Assembly: GCA_963715195.1 (NCBI GenBank)
Contig: CAVQRT010000017.1
Location: forward strand, 1 to 42,842
Direction of reading: 5' to 3'
Length of the DNA stretch: 42,842 nt
Source of the DNA: Thermodesulfovibrionales bacterium
Lineage (GTDB): Bacteria > Nitrospirota > Thermodesulfovibrionia > Thermodesulfovibrionales > SM23-35
In this document: positions 33,913 through 42,842 of the stretch, one piece after another
Numbering within the stretch: position 1 is the stretch's first letter
Layout: each line of letters starts with the position of its first letter
Program-made: the position numbers and the translations under genes
Notes under the pieces: generated by a model
Seen by the model: the letters and a program-made list of their open reading frames with translations, nothing else
What the model was told of the DNA's origin: nothing
Databases searched by the model: none

Positions 33913-34365
33913 TTACCAGTCAACGGGCAGGCCATCCGTGTTCACCACAAGCCATTTGGTCCGTTCCTTCTCAAGGGTGAACGTCAACTGCACGGGATTC
34001 GGGAAGTCTCCGAACACATATCCGGTATCCCTGCCCGTAGTCGCGATCACCCTCACCTCTATCTGTGCGATTGCGGTATCTCCGTCAATCTCGATCTGAA
34101 GATTCTCATAATCTACATTGATGTCCTGCATTCTCTGCAGAAGTGTTTTCATATATTCCTTGATATATAAATAGGTAAGTCCGTTCTCATCCCTGTAATG
34201 AAAGGAGACCTTGGACATGATGCCGTTGATATCTTCCTCTTCAACGTACCTTGCTCCTTCCCTGAAAAGCTTCTTTATTCTCGATTCATCTGTCGGCCAG
34301 ATTAGATAGATAATCAGGGGTGCGAGCACAGAAACGAACATGATTGTAATCGCCTTTTTACTCAC
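33913..34365 (-). CDS. Membrane-anchored hypothetical protein, possibly NTF2-like fold
   Basis: N-terminal TM, IEIDGDTAIA and terminal LEKERTKWLVV pattern. RBS AAGGAG. Confidence 0.65.
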   Translation of the reverse strand: MSKKAITIMFVSVLAPLIIYLIWPTDESRIKKLFREGARYVEEEDINGIMSKVSFHYRDENGLTYLYIKEYMKTLLQRMQDINVDYENLQIEIDGDTAIAQIEVRVIATTGRDTGYVFGDFPNPVQLTFTLEKERTKWLVVNTDGLPVDW

Positions 34366-34476
34366 CGTCCTGCCCTCCTTTTACGTACACCGTCATTCAT
34401 GGTGGGCACAGCGTCATTTTTAAATTTCAGCAGACCCATCCTGGTGCTGGCCGCGCATGCAAACCGCTGTATCATC

Positions 34477-35361
34477 TCAAGACGCTGCCTTTGCAACAAG
34501 TACTCTCTTGATACCGGAAAAATCCTCACGTATAGAACGCACCTCGAGCCCCGCCGCTTCAGCCATCTCTCTCACTGCCCCTGCCTGACCAATGCCGATT
34601 TCGAGAATGAGATGCCCGCTGCTGCACATGTGTTTGCACGCACCGTTAATGATCTTCCTGTAGTATTCAAGACCATCGGGTCCTCCATCAAGGGCTCCGT
34701 GCGGTTCCCAGTCCTTTATCTCCGGCTGAAGCTCCTTTATCTCTGGCCCTTTTATATACGGTGGATTCGAAACTATCAGTCCGAACCTCAGCTCGTCTAC
34801 CGGATCATATAAGGAACCGCGCAGGAACCTGGTATTGCCTTTCCCGTACATTTCCGCATTCTTCTCCGAGTACGCTATCGCAATTTCCGAAAGGTCAGTG
34901 CCGTACACAACTGAGCCTGGAAATTCCATGGCAAGCGCAAGCGCAATGCAGCCGCTGCCTGTGCAAAGATCAAGGATATTCAGCGCATCTTCTCCCCTGC
35001 ATCTCTTTTCATCGTTTTCTGCTTTCTGACTAAAAATTCTTCTGGCCTCCTCGACCAGAAACTCTGTTTCTGGCCTGGGGATAAGCACACCCGGACCTAC
35101 CTGTATCCTGAGCCCGCAGAACTCGGAATATCCAAGCAGGTACTGGAGTGGCTCCCTTAATGATCTTCTCTGTATCAATTTATCTATTTTTGTTTCCTTT
35201 TCGCCCTTTATGACAGGATTGTCCCTGTAAATGGCTGTTCTGTCCGTATTCAGGACGTGTGCGATGATCTCCTCGGCCTCCCTTCCCGCGTGTTCGATGC
35301 CGGCCTTCTGCAGGATTTCCTGTGCGTGTCTCATCTTGATCAGTGTGTCAACTGGATTCAC
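34477..35361 (-). CDS. prmC: Release factor glutamine methyltransferase
   Basis: REPLQYLLG, VLIPRPETE, LDLCTGSG, SNPPY, ALDGGPDGL. Confidence 0.95.
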   Translation of the reverse strand: MNPVDTLIKMRHAQEILQKAGIEHAGREAEEIIAHVLNTDRTAIYRDNPVIKGEKETKIDKLIQRRSLREPLQYLLGYSEFCGLRIQVGPGVLIPRPETEFLVEEARRIFSQKAENDEKRCRGEDALNILDLCTGSGCIALALAMEFPGSVVYGTDLSEIAIAYSEKNAEMYGKGNTRFLRGSLYDPVDELRFGLIVSNPPYIKGPEIKELQPEIKDWEPHGALDGGPDGLEYYRKIINGACKHMCSSGHLILEIGIGQAGAVREMAEAAGLEVRSIREDFSGIKRVLVAKAAS

Positions 35362-35394
35362 TCTGTTTCTCCGTCTACCTCATAATAATGGATT

Positions 35395-36263
35395 TCAGGG
35401 TGCAGTCACAATCAGGACAAACCCGGCACACATGAGTACCGTGCCGGTCAGCCTTTGTGCAACGTGCGTTTCCCTGAAAAGCAGATAGCCGTAAATAACC
35501 CCCATCAGAAGGCTTGTTCTTTTTACCGAGATCATGTACGCAACCTTTGTCTGACTGATGGCGATCATATGAGTCAGAATCATGACTGAAAACAACATTC
35601 CCGGGACGACAAGTCGCAGGTAGCTCTTCCTTCCGACGAATCCCTTAAGAGATTCCCTCCCCTTCCAGAGGGCAATCGGGGTGAACAGAAGCGCAAGCAC
35701 GATAAAATAACTGGCCCCGAAAAAAAGCGGGGATGAATGTTCTATCGCAAGCTTGCCCAGAGAAGAAGTGAAACTGTAAATAATCGCGGCCCCGATCATC
35801 ATGACTGAACCCCGTTCCCTTGCAATCGCCATAAGGGCTCGAAAATGCCTTTTTTCATCTCATGCCTGTTCAGGGTATAGCTGCCTGCTGCAAGAACCAC
35901 GATCCCTATCGCTCCCTGGAGAGAAACCTTTTCCCCAACAATAATATATGAGACACCTATCAAAAAGATGGGAGTAAAGGCAAGAAAAGGGAGGGTGAGT
36001 CCCATCGGGGAAACCTTTAACGCCTTTGTGTATAAGATGAGCGCGATAATTTCGAGTGGGACCGCGCATCCGAATGCCATATAAAACTGCATATCCAGCA
36101 CAGGAACCGGGACTGTATATATTAAAGCCACAAGGACAGGGAGTGCAAAAACAAGTCTTGAAAGTGCGACGAGATATTCATCGTTTTGTGAGAGCGCCTT
36201 CTTCGTGAACGCGTCGCTCGTTGCAAGCGTAAATGCCGAAATAAGAGAGAGAAAAATCCACAT
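35395..36263 (-). CDS. EamA/DMT family transporter, frameshifted near 35830
   Basis: ORFs 35799-36263 and 35395-35832 are the two halves of a 10-TM DMT protein (ALKVSP...PFLAFTP; ISVKRTS...LFRE). Confidence 0.85.
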
Positions 36264-36315
36264 ATGGTTTACAGGTATTCCCTTCTGTGGATTGTTTCCG
36301 AAAAGTAGTCGCTAT

Positions 36316-36344
36316 TTGACACGATTGTCTCCTCCTTATAGAAT
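36316..36344 (+). promoter_or_regulatory. Near-consensus sigma70 promoter, probably giving a leaderless mRNA
   Basis: TTGACA-17 nt-TAGAAT, 6 nt before the ATG at 36351. No SD sequence. Confidence 0.7.
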
Positions 36345-36350
36345 ATCATC

Positions 36351-36668
36351 ATGAGCTCGATACGGAAACTCCGTTCTCTTTCTTTGTTGATTGTAGTCAC
36401 ACTCCTCATGCTCGTCTCGTGCGACAACAAGCCCAGAACCGCATTTGACGACTACGGAGATGCACTCATCGGGAGTTACGTGAAGGGACAGCATGCGGGA
36501 AAGACGGGCAATCTCGATGCGGTCAGGAAGGCAGTCGCAATGTACCATGCAGAGCACGGCGTTTATCCCGACACACTTGAGGACATAGAGGAGTCTATCA
36601 GGCTCGACGTGGATATGTCACAGTTCGAGTACAATCCTGAAAACGGGGAAGTCACTCTTGCAAGGTGA
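36351..36668 (+). CDS. Hypothetical lipoprotein with a pseudopilin (GspG)-like segment
   Basis: Lipobox LVSC; AVRKAVAMYHAEHGVYPDTLEDI; FEYNPENGEV. Confidence 0.65.
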   Translation: MSSIRKLRSLSLLIVVTLLMLVSCDNKPRTAFDDYGDALIGSYVKGQHAGKTGNLDAVRKAVAMYHAEHGVYPDTLEDIEESIRLDVDMSQFEYNPENGEVTLAR

Positions 36669-36711
36669 TCAACCCTCTCCCTGCCTTCTGCTCAATTGAC
36701 AAAACAAGACT

Positions 36712-37001
36712 TCGGCGGCCACATTCAGGCCCACGTGTTTCATGCAGACCAGAGCTCTGGCTCCGGCCATCGACGCCCCTATGCCCACCTCCATGGCCAC
36801 CTTCTCGTTGGGCGACCACTCGCAGTAGACCTCGTCGAACTTGGCAAGCTCTTCGAGGATCTCGGTACTCGGGGTGCCCGGATACGCGGCAGCCAGTTTG
36901 ACGCCAGCTTCCCAGGCCCCACGGGCGATCGCCTCGTTCCCGGAAAGAATCACCGCTTCTTCCAATTCAACTGCTTTCCCCGACTCGACCACAGGTGTCA
37001 T
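36712..37001 (-). CDS. iorA: Indolepyruvate/arylpyruvate:ferredoxin oxidoreductase alpha subunit, N-terminal ~96 aa, truncated at a junction
   Basis: LSGNEAIARGAWEAG, AYPGTPSTEI, EWSPNEKVAME, MKHVGLNVAA, then similarity is lost abruptly. RBS GGAGGAG. Confidence 0.9.
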
Positions 37002-37019
37002 TTCTCCTCCACCCGGTAG

Positions 37020-39202
37020 CTAGGTTTGCGTTCCCGTCCTGCGCCGAAAGGCACCATACCATTCCATCCTGTCCAGAGCACGTGCCGCCGCCTGCGGTGA
37101 CGCAAGCACTATCGGGCTGTACCGCTTCCCCCGGTCGAAAAGCGACCCGCGGATGGGCGTATCGGGCACGTTGATTATGGGCTTTCCGGTCTTCTCCATG
37201 AGCTCCGCGACCAGATCAACAAAGGCGGTCTCCCAGGGACTGAGCCCTGCGTATTCACCGGTCTCCGATCTCTCCCGGACCTCACTGCCGCTGCTGGGCA
37301 CCCCCAGTACGGAGAGCACGATGACGGCGTCGACCGTATCGCATTCCGCAACCAGCTTGAGCACACGCGGGCCTACGTCTCCACCCGCGGTGGCTACCAT
37401 GTCGAGGGGGTTGTGCTTGCTCCAGAACGGGGGAAGGATCTCGTTCAGCGCAGCGTAGAGCTCGGGCGGGAAGTCCGCCAGCACGAGACCGTGCCGGGCC
37501 ACTTCGTCGGCCGCGAGGACGCCTGCCCCGCCCCCATTGGTCACCACCGCAATCCGTCGGCCCTTGGGCAGCGGATTGTAGGTTAGGCAGCTCACCCAGG
37601 TCCGCGACTTCCTGAGTGGTGGTGCAGGTGACCACCCCTGCCTGCCGAGCCGCCGCCTCCCAGACATCCGCCGAGCCGGCCATCGCTCCGGTGTGAGAAG
37701 CGGCCGCCTTGACGCCGTATTCCGTCACGCCGGCGCGTACCACCACCACGGGCTTCACCGCCGCCGTGCGTCGCGCCACTTCGAAGAAGCGCCGTCCGTC
37801 GTCGAGACCTTCGATGTACATCATGATTCCGGTGGTGCCGCTGTCACCCCTGAGGTAGTCGAGTACATCCACGGCGCCGATCTGGGCTTCATTCCCGACG
37901 CTGGCGAACTTGTCGATGCCGATGCCTCTCAACTGACACGCGTCGGTGATCTGGACACCCATGTTTCCCGATTGCGAGACCAGACTGAGCGTGCCCTTCG
38001 GTGGATGCAGCACGACGAAGCCGATGGCATGGAGTCGGACCTCGTTGGAGATAAGCCCCATGCAATTCGGTCCCATCAGGGTAACCCCGCCGCCGCTGGC
38101 GATCCGAGCGATCTCATGCTCGGCCTCGGCTCCCTGCTCACCGGTCTCGGAGAAGCCCGCGGCGATGGCGATAGCCGCCGGGATACCCTTGCGGCCGCAT
38201 TGCTCCAACATAGCCGCCACCTGATGCCCGCCGACAGCGAGAAGGGCAAGGTCGGGCGCTTCGGGCAACTCCTCCAGGCTAGCGTAGGCTTTGAGACCGA
38301 AGAACTCTCCACCTTTGGGATTGACCGGATAGACCTTGCCCGCATAGCCACCGTCGAGGATGGTACGAAGGGCGGACCCACCCCATTTCGTGACATCGCC
38401 GGACGCTCCAACCAACGCCATGGAACGAGGAGCCAGAAGAGCCCGCAGATTGGGGACAAAAGTGCCGCGGCTTCGCCCCAGTTCGGGTGGCACCCCCGCC
38501 GAAAGCACGACGAGAGCGTCGGCGGCCACCGGGCGATCGCCCTCGATGAGCAGGGGATTGATGTCCAACTCAGCCACCTGAGGGTGATCCACGGCTATCT
38601 GCCCTATCGCCTGGATGATCTCCGTCAAAGCCGCCATGTCTACCGGCGGGTAGCCGCGGAACGTGCCCAGCAGACGCTTGGCCTTGATCAAGCCGGGCAG
38701 TTCGGCCGCGTCGTGATCGTCCACAGGCGCCAGGGCCAAAGCAATATCCCCAAGGGCCTCGGTCAGTACTCCGCCAAGGCCGAAGGCCACAACCGGACCG
38801 AAAAGGGCATCGCGCTTCATGCCCACCATGAACTCACGGTTGCCGGGTACCATCCGCTCTATGAGCACGCCCTCAAGCGCATCTCCGGCCCGCTCTGCTA
38901 GTAGCTGGTAGCTCTCAGCGGATGCTTGCGCCCCCTCGATGCCCGACACGCCAGACCCAGTTCGGTCTTGTGCCGGATCTCTCCGCCCACCGCCTTCATG
39001 GCCAGCTTGCCCCCAGACGAGCGGCGGCGTCCGCGGCCTCCGCTCTGCTCTCTACCAGGGTGCTCTCGGGGACGGGGATACCATAGGCCGCCAGCAAGGC
39101 TTTGGACTGGTGTTCGTCGAGCGCCGACCTCCCTGCCGCCAGCGCAGCCGCGATGATCCCCGCGGCGACGTCGGGCTCCATGGGAAGTGATGGCCGGTAC
39201 AT
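37020..39202 (-). CDS. ADP-forming acyl-CoA synthetase (acetate--CoA ligase family), ATP-grasp then CoA-binding domain order, ~3 frameshifts
   Basis: LDEHQSKALLAAYGIPV, HKTELG, REFMVGMKRDALFGPVV, ELDINPL, MGPNCMG, SQSGN, AAASHTGAMAG (phospho-His), TNGGGAGVLAAD, NPLDM. Frame changes near 39010, 38955 and 37595. Confidence 0.9.
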
Positions 39203-39291
39203 GGTCTTGCCGGTCTCCCTTTGAGACGAAGGAGTTGCCGCCGAGGCCTTGCGGCACGGGGTCGTTCCCGGTCCGCGCCTCTGCGGTCTAT

Positions 39292-39320
39292 ATGATAGAT
39301 GTTTATACCATTTTGGTCAA
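39292..39320 (-). promoter_or_regulatory. Sigma70 promoter of the acyl-CoA synthetase-iorA unit, with a GntR/FadR-like box in the spacer
   Basis: Minus strand TTGACC-17 nt-TATCAT in an AT patch within GC-rich DNA. The spacer contains TGGTATAAACA. Confidence 0.6.
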
Positions 39321-39351
39321 GAGGACTTCGGTCTGGGACGGCGCGGACCCT

Positions 39352-39504
39352 GCACCGAATACATCCTGGCCCCGGTGCCGGCACAGGACTCTCCGCGTGC
39401 CGCGGAAGCGATGCAGGTCCATCCTCGAGTTCACGGAGCGGATGTTCTTCCATCGCCTGGAGGAACTGGGGCTCAACCCGAGTGGCCCATCCGCTGGGGC
39501 CTGA
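39352..39504 (+). pseudogene. C-terminal remnant of a GntR/FadR (FCD) regulator
   Basis: Joining frames gives (H)EYILAPVPAQDSPRAAEAMQVHLEFTERMFFHRLEELG*, matching the H..I..A....D...A..AM..HL end of FCD domains. No HTH upstream. Confidence 0.5.
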
Positions 39505-39554
39505 CCCGGCGCCGTTCGGCGCCCGCTACCTCCCTCATCATCGCGCCTGCGATC

Positions 39555-40883
39555 TCACACGGTGCAGCGCAGCACGTATAGCCCGTCGTGGAAGGTATCG
39601 ATGAAGATGTTGCCTCGGTTGTCAACCAGGACGTCTTCGGTGGTCGCGATGCGAGGCCCAGGGTACAGGTCGCCGGTCTTGTTGTTGAAGAGCCATTTGG
39701 GCGGGTCGGCCGGGATGAAGTAGGCGATCTCCCGGGGCACGAAGGGGTCGCTGATGTCGTAGATCCGGAGCCCCGCGTGGAAATAGCAGCAGTAGACGCG
39801 GTCGTTACGATCTTCCAGGGCCGGGTGGTAGTGCGGCTCGTGGATGTTGTGCGGCCCGAAGGGACCCACCCCTACCCCGGGAATCTCGTTGAAGTTCTTG
39901 TGAGGCCAGCCCTCGGGGATCTCCGGGTAGGGGAACAGCGAGACGAGGGTCGGGTCGGTGGGGTCGGAGATGTCCACCATGCCGATGAAATTGAGGGGCT
40001 GAGCCCCCGACGCGCTCGTGATCTTCTCGTTGAACACTGGGTAGCGCTCCCCTTCGCTGGTCATCACGGCATAGTCGCGCCGGGAGAGAGGGAGCACCGT
40101 GTGGCACCGGGCCCCGGCCACTTTGCCGGCAAAGGGCGGGTGGTGCCTGAGTTGCCCCACTAGCTGGGGCAGGGTGATGTCGGATATGTCGAGGACGACC
40201 ATGCCGGCTCCGCCCCAGCTCACATAGGCCAGATCGCCTTTGGGATAGGCCGGACCATGCATGACCGCGCTGTGGGACGCATGGCCATCTCGGGGTCGAA
40301 ATCGGGGCCGGGCTTGATCTCGATCTGGCCCGCCAGCCACTGGTCGGGCATCCACCAACGCCCCGCTTCGACCGGGCTGGTCGGGTCGGGGATGTCGAGG
40401 ATGCGGTAGATGAAATTCCGGAATCCTTTGCAGGTGGAGGAGAGGTGAACGTAGCGGCCACCGCCATAGAAGAAGCGATGGACCCCTCCGTGGCCCCCAC
40501 AATCCCACTGTGAGAGCTTCTTGGGGTTGACCGGGTCTTTCACGTCCCAGATGATGACCCCTTGCTCGAACGGATCCCCCCACTCATTGCCGTGCAGCCG
40601 GGGCAGCGTTCCCCCCAAGGCGGTGATCATGATCCCATCGGCCACCTGGATCTTGGGAGTACCTTGCCCGGGAAGATCGGGACCGGGGATGAACTTGAGG
40701 TACTCCGGCTTCGCGGGATCGGTCACGTCGACGACCGCCCAGCCGGGATGCTTGAAATGGGAGCCATAGGAGGTAGTACCGGCCGTCGACTTCCTGCATG
40801 GCCATCTGGAACCAGGGCTTGCCCTGCAGGTCGTGATAGCCGAGCAGTTCTACGTTCTTCGAGAATGCTCCTTTGCCTGCCAT
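39555..40883 (-). CDS. Cytoplasmic LVIVD-repeat beta-propeller protein (~440 aa), two frameshifts
   Basis: Repeats AVVDVTDP, IIWDVKDP, RILDIPDP, VVLDISD, GMVDISDP, RIYDISDP across ORFs 40584-40883, 40220-40726 and 39555-40583. No signal peptide. RBS AGGAGAG. Confidence 0.88.
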
Positions 40884-40993
40884 TATCTCTCCTGTGTCGA
40901 TCCTCTAGGGATGCGTGCTTATGACCATACCCGGTCGAGCCCGCCGGTCGCTCCGGGGGGCGGTCCGCCCGCGTTCGCGCAGGATCCGAGCGC

Positions 40994-41835
40994 TCACCTG
41001 GTGGTGATATACCCTTGCCACTGCTGGAGGTGGTCGGAGTCGGGGCAATAGAGGATAAAGACCCCCACGAAGTCCTTGAAAGGCTCAAAGAAGGGGAGCT
41101 TCTCCCACGCTGCCCAGGACGGCCTGGTGTACTGAGCGGCCTTCTCCAGGACGGCCCGCCGCCAGCCTTCCGAATCGTCGAACCAGACCTCGGAGATGCG
41201 CTGGAAGGGGTTGATCCGGGGGTCGTCCAACTGTCGGCTGGAGATAAAACGGTTCACCTCAGGGTTTGCACACACTTCGGGAGCGAAGACCCCCTTGAAC
41301 CAGGCGTCACCTTCGTCGATGGAGACCTCGTCGGGGTACTTGAGTAGGAACAGCCAGCGGTAGTTTGGCCCCGCGTCCGTGAGCCGGCCGGCTCCCTTGA
41401 AGTCGTCCTCCCAGAAGACAGGCGCGAAAGAGAAAACCACCGGATGATAACCCTCGCGGCTTCCCCTGCCAGTCCCGACTGGCGCAGCTCCTTGCTGGGC
41501 GGCTGACAGGTCATCTCCATGAAGTCCTCGGGAAACTCCTCGCCGAAGGCGATGCCGGTCGGGTGGCCGGTGCCCCTGCTCTGGAATATATTGAAGAGCC
41601 GGTAGTGCTCGGTCATCATGCCGTTATAGGTGCCGAAGCCGAGGGCCCCTTCGGGGAGCGGCAGCGCATGGTACGTGCAGTACTTGGTGCAGTAGGGCAT
41701 GAACTGAGAGATGCTCTCCGGAACGTGTTGCTTGTACAGCCAGCGCCATATCTTGGGCCGGTCGTTGTCGGAGCGGAAGTTCTGGAGGATGAAGCTACGC
41801 ATGGGGCGGAATTCAGGGAAATAGGCCTTCGCCAG
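40994..41835 (-). CDS. Bacterial chalcone isomerase-like protein (Eubacterium ramulus CHI family), frameshift near 41450-41475
   Basis: PMRSF...RPKIWRWLYKQHVPESISQFMPYCTKY...MTEH, WEDDFKGAGR...GPNYR, EVWF, RPSWA...PFFEP and terminal GYITTR. These align with the E. ramulus CHI sequence as I recall it (PMRSL, RPKLQRWIYKVHIPDSISQFEPYVTKY, LTEH, WEKDLKGKGR, GYITMR). Confidence 0.8.
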
Positions 41836-41842
41836 CCCCTCC

Positions 41843-42842
41843 TCACTCCCCGCCTTCGCCTGGGGCGACTCCGCCGGCCCCGTCTTCCCCGCCGGGGCGC
41901 GCTCTGGCTTGGCGGGGGTCAGGTATTTCTGGTATTTGAGGGTCTTCGCCCCCAGCTCATCCATGCCGGCCGGGGCCTTGAGGGAGACGTTGACCAGCTC
42001 GTCAAGGTGCTCGAACTTGCCCGAGAGCAACATGTGGGAATGGACCCGGTCCTCGTCTGTGACCTCGAAGCCGACCTTGCCGTCTGCCACGCTCAAGGTT
42101 CCCCGCACCCCGCAGACGCCGCAGATCGCGGGGTAGGCATCGCCGTCGTTGCGCACTTCGACGAGCTTGGAGTGGCAGACGGGGCAGAGGCCCGGCTCGC
42201 CGATGTACTCGGCCTCTTCCAGGGGCTTCTTCAGGGTCTCCGCTACGTGCCGGCCGGAGCGGTGAGCCCGCTCCAGAAGGTCCTCGCGCAGCGTGACGAC
42301 CTTGGGCAGAGCGACCCAGTTGACCAGGATCCTGTCCACCACCTCGATCTGCATAGGGAGCGCGAAGAGACTCAGCATGGGGAGGGCGAGGGTGTCCCAC
42401 TCGCTGCCCCCGACGGCGATGAGCGAGGCGGCCCGGGGCTTGAAGGCCCGCTCGTCAGGGCCCTGGCCCGGGTGATGCCCCGCTCGGCCCGCATCTTCTT
42501 GGCGGCCAGGCGGAAGGCCTGGTCGTGCGAGGGCCCCATGCGGTCGTTCAAGCTCTTGAGCTGACCGCTGGGGGACTTCTCGTAGATCGGGGAGCCGACG
42601 ATCAGGCCGTCGGCCTCCATGATCTTCTCGTCGATGAAGGGGAAGTCGTCGTTCTTGATGACACATCGGCCCGGACCGCATTTCTCGAAGAGGTCGATGA
42701 CGCAGGAGTTGCAGCCCGTGCAGGGCTTGATGTTCAGGTCGTGCAGGTGGATGAGCTCGACCTCGGCTCCGGCTTCCTCCGCCCCCATCAAGGCTTCCTT
42801 CACCAGGATCTCGGTGTTGCTCAACCTCCTGCCGCATGAGAT
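41843..42842 (-). CDS. Flavodoxin-fold FMN reductase, flavone reductase (FLR)-like; 5' end off-window, frameshift near 42470
   Basis: ISCGRRLSNTEILVKEALMGA, CTGCNSC, SPIYEK, DRMGP, AVGGSEW, RAHRSGR, CPVCHS, CGVCG, LSGKFEH. These match the Flavonifractor plautii FLR layout as I recall it. Confidence 0.75.

Noticed and set aside
37693..42564. Long plus-strand ORFs (402, 191 and 333 aa) and the first ~120 aa of ORF 41254-42837
   Set aside because: These are antisense or off-frame shadows of GC-rich genes with no motifs of their own.

Overview
The window has two compositionally different parts. Bases 1 to ~36,710 are a moderate-GC bacterial chromosome segment whose gene content suggests Nitrospirota or a deltaproteobacterium (inferred, not tested). 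It carries an acetolactate synthase 3' end, cytochrome c, DUF502, glucan phosphorylase, murA, a CBS/MgtE-N + Nramp-like transporter + mtnA operon, a secreted SBBP beta-propeller protein with near-perfect 141-bp tandem repeats, polyprenyl synthase, AmmeMemoRadiSam A, a DUF4388-J-TPR protein, moaC, pgi, PII-like + DUF1538, tRNA-Leu(CAG), prmC and EamA. It also contains an island-like block (~4.4-16.8 kb) with a sigma54 promoter, decayed redox genes, a nitroreductase, an 8.7-kb cyclic beta-1,2-glucan synthase and a degenerate tRNA-Arg fragment at its right edge. At ~36,711 the sequence switches abruptly to much higher GC, inside an iorA gene. This high-GC part holds the most interesting feature, a co-oriented cluster: flavone reductase (FLR)-like, bacterial chalcone isomerase (CHI)-like, His-rich cytoplasmic LVIVD beta-propeller, ADP-forming acyl-CoA synthetase and aryl/indolepyruvate:ferredoxin oxidoreductase. 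It reads as a putative anaerobic flavonol/flavone catabolic pathway, with the LVIVD protein as a candidate ring-cleavage enzyme. The FLR and CHI calls rest on recalled reference sequences and need a search to confirm. Many genes near both ends have homopolymer frameshifts that look like long-read errors, so the 36.7-kb junction may be a chimeric join.
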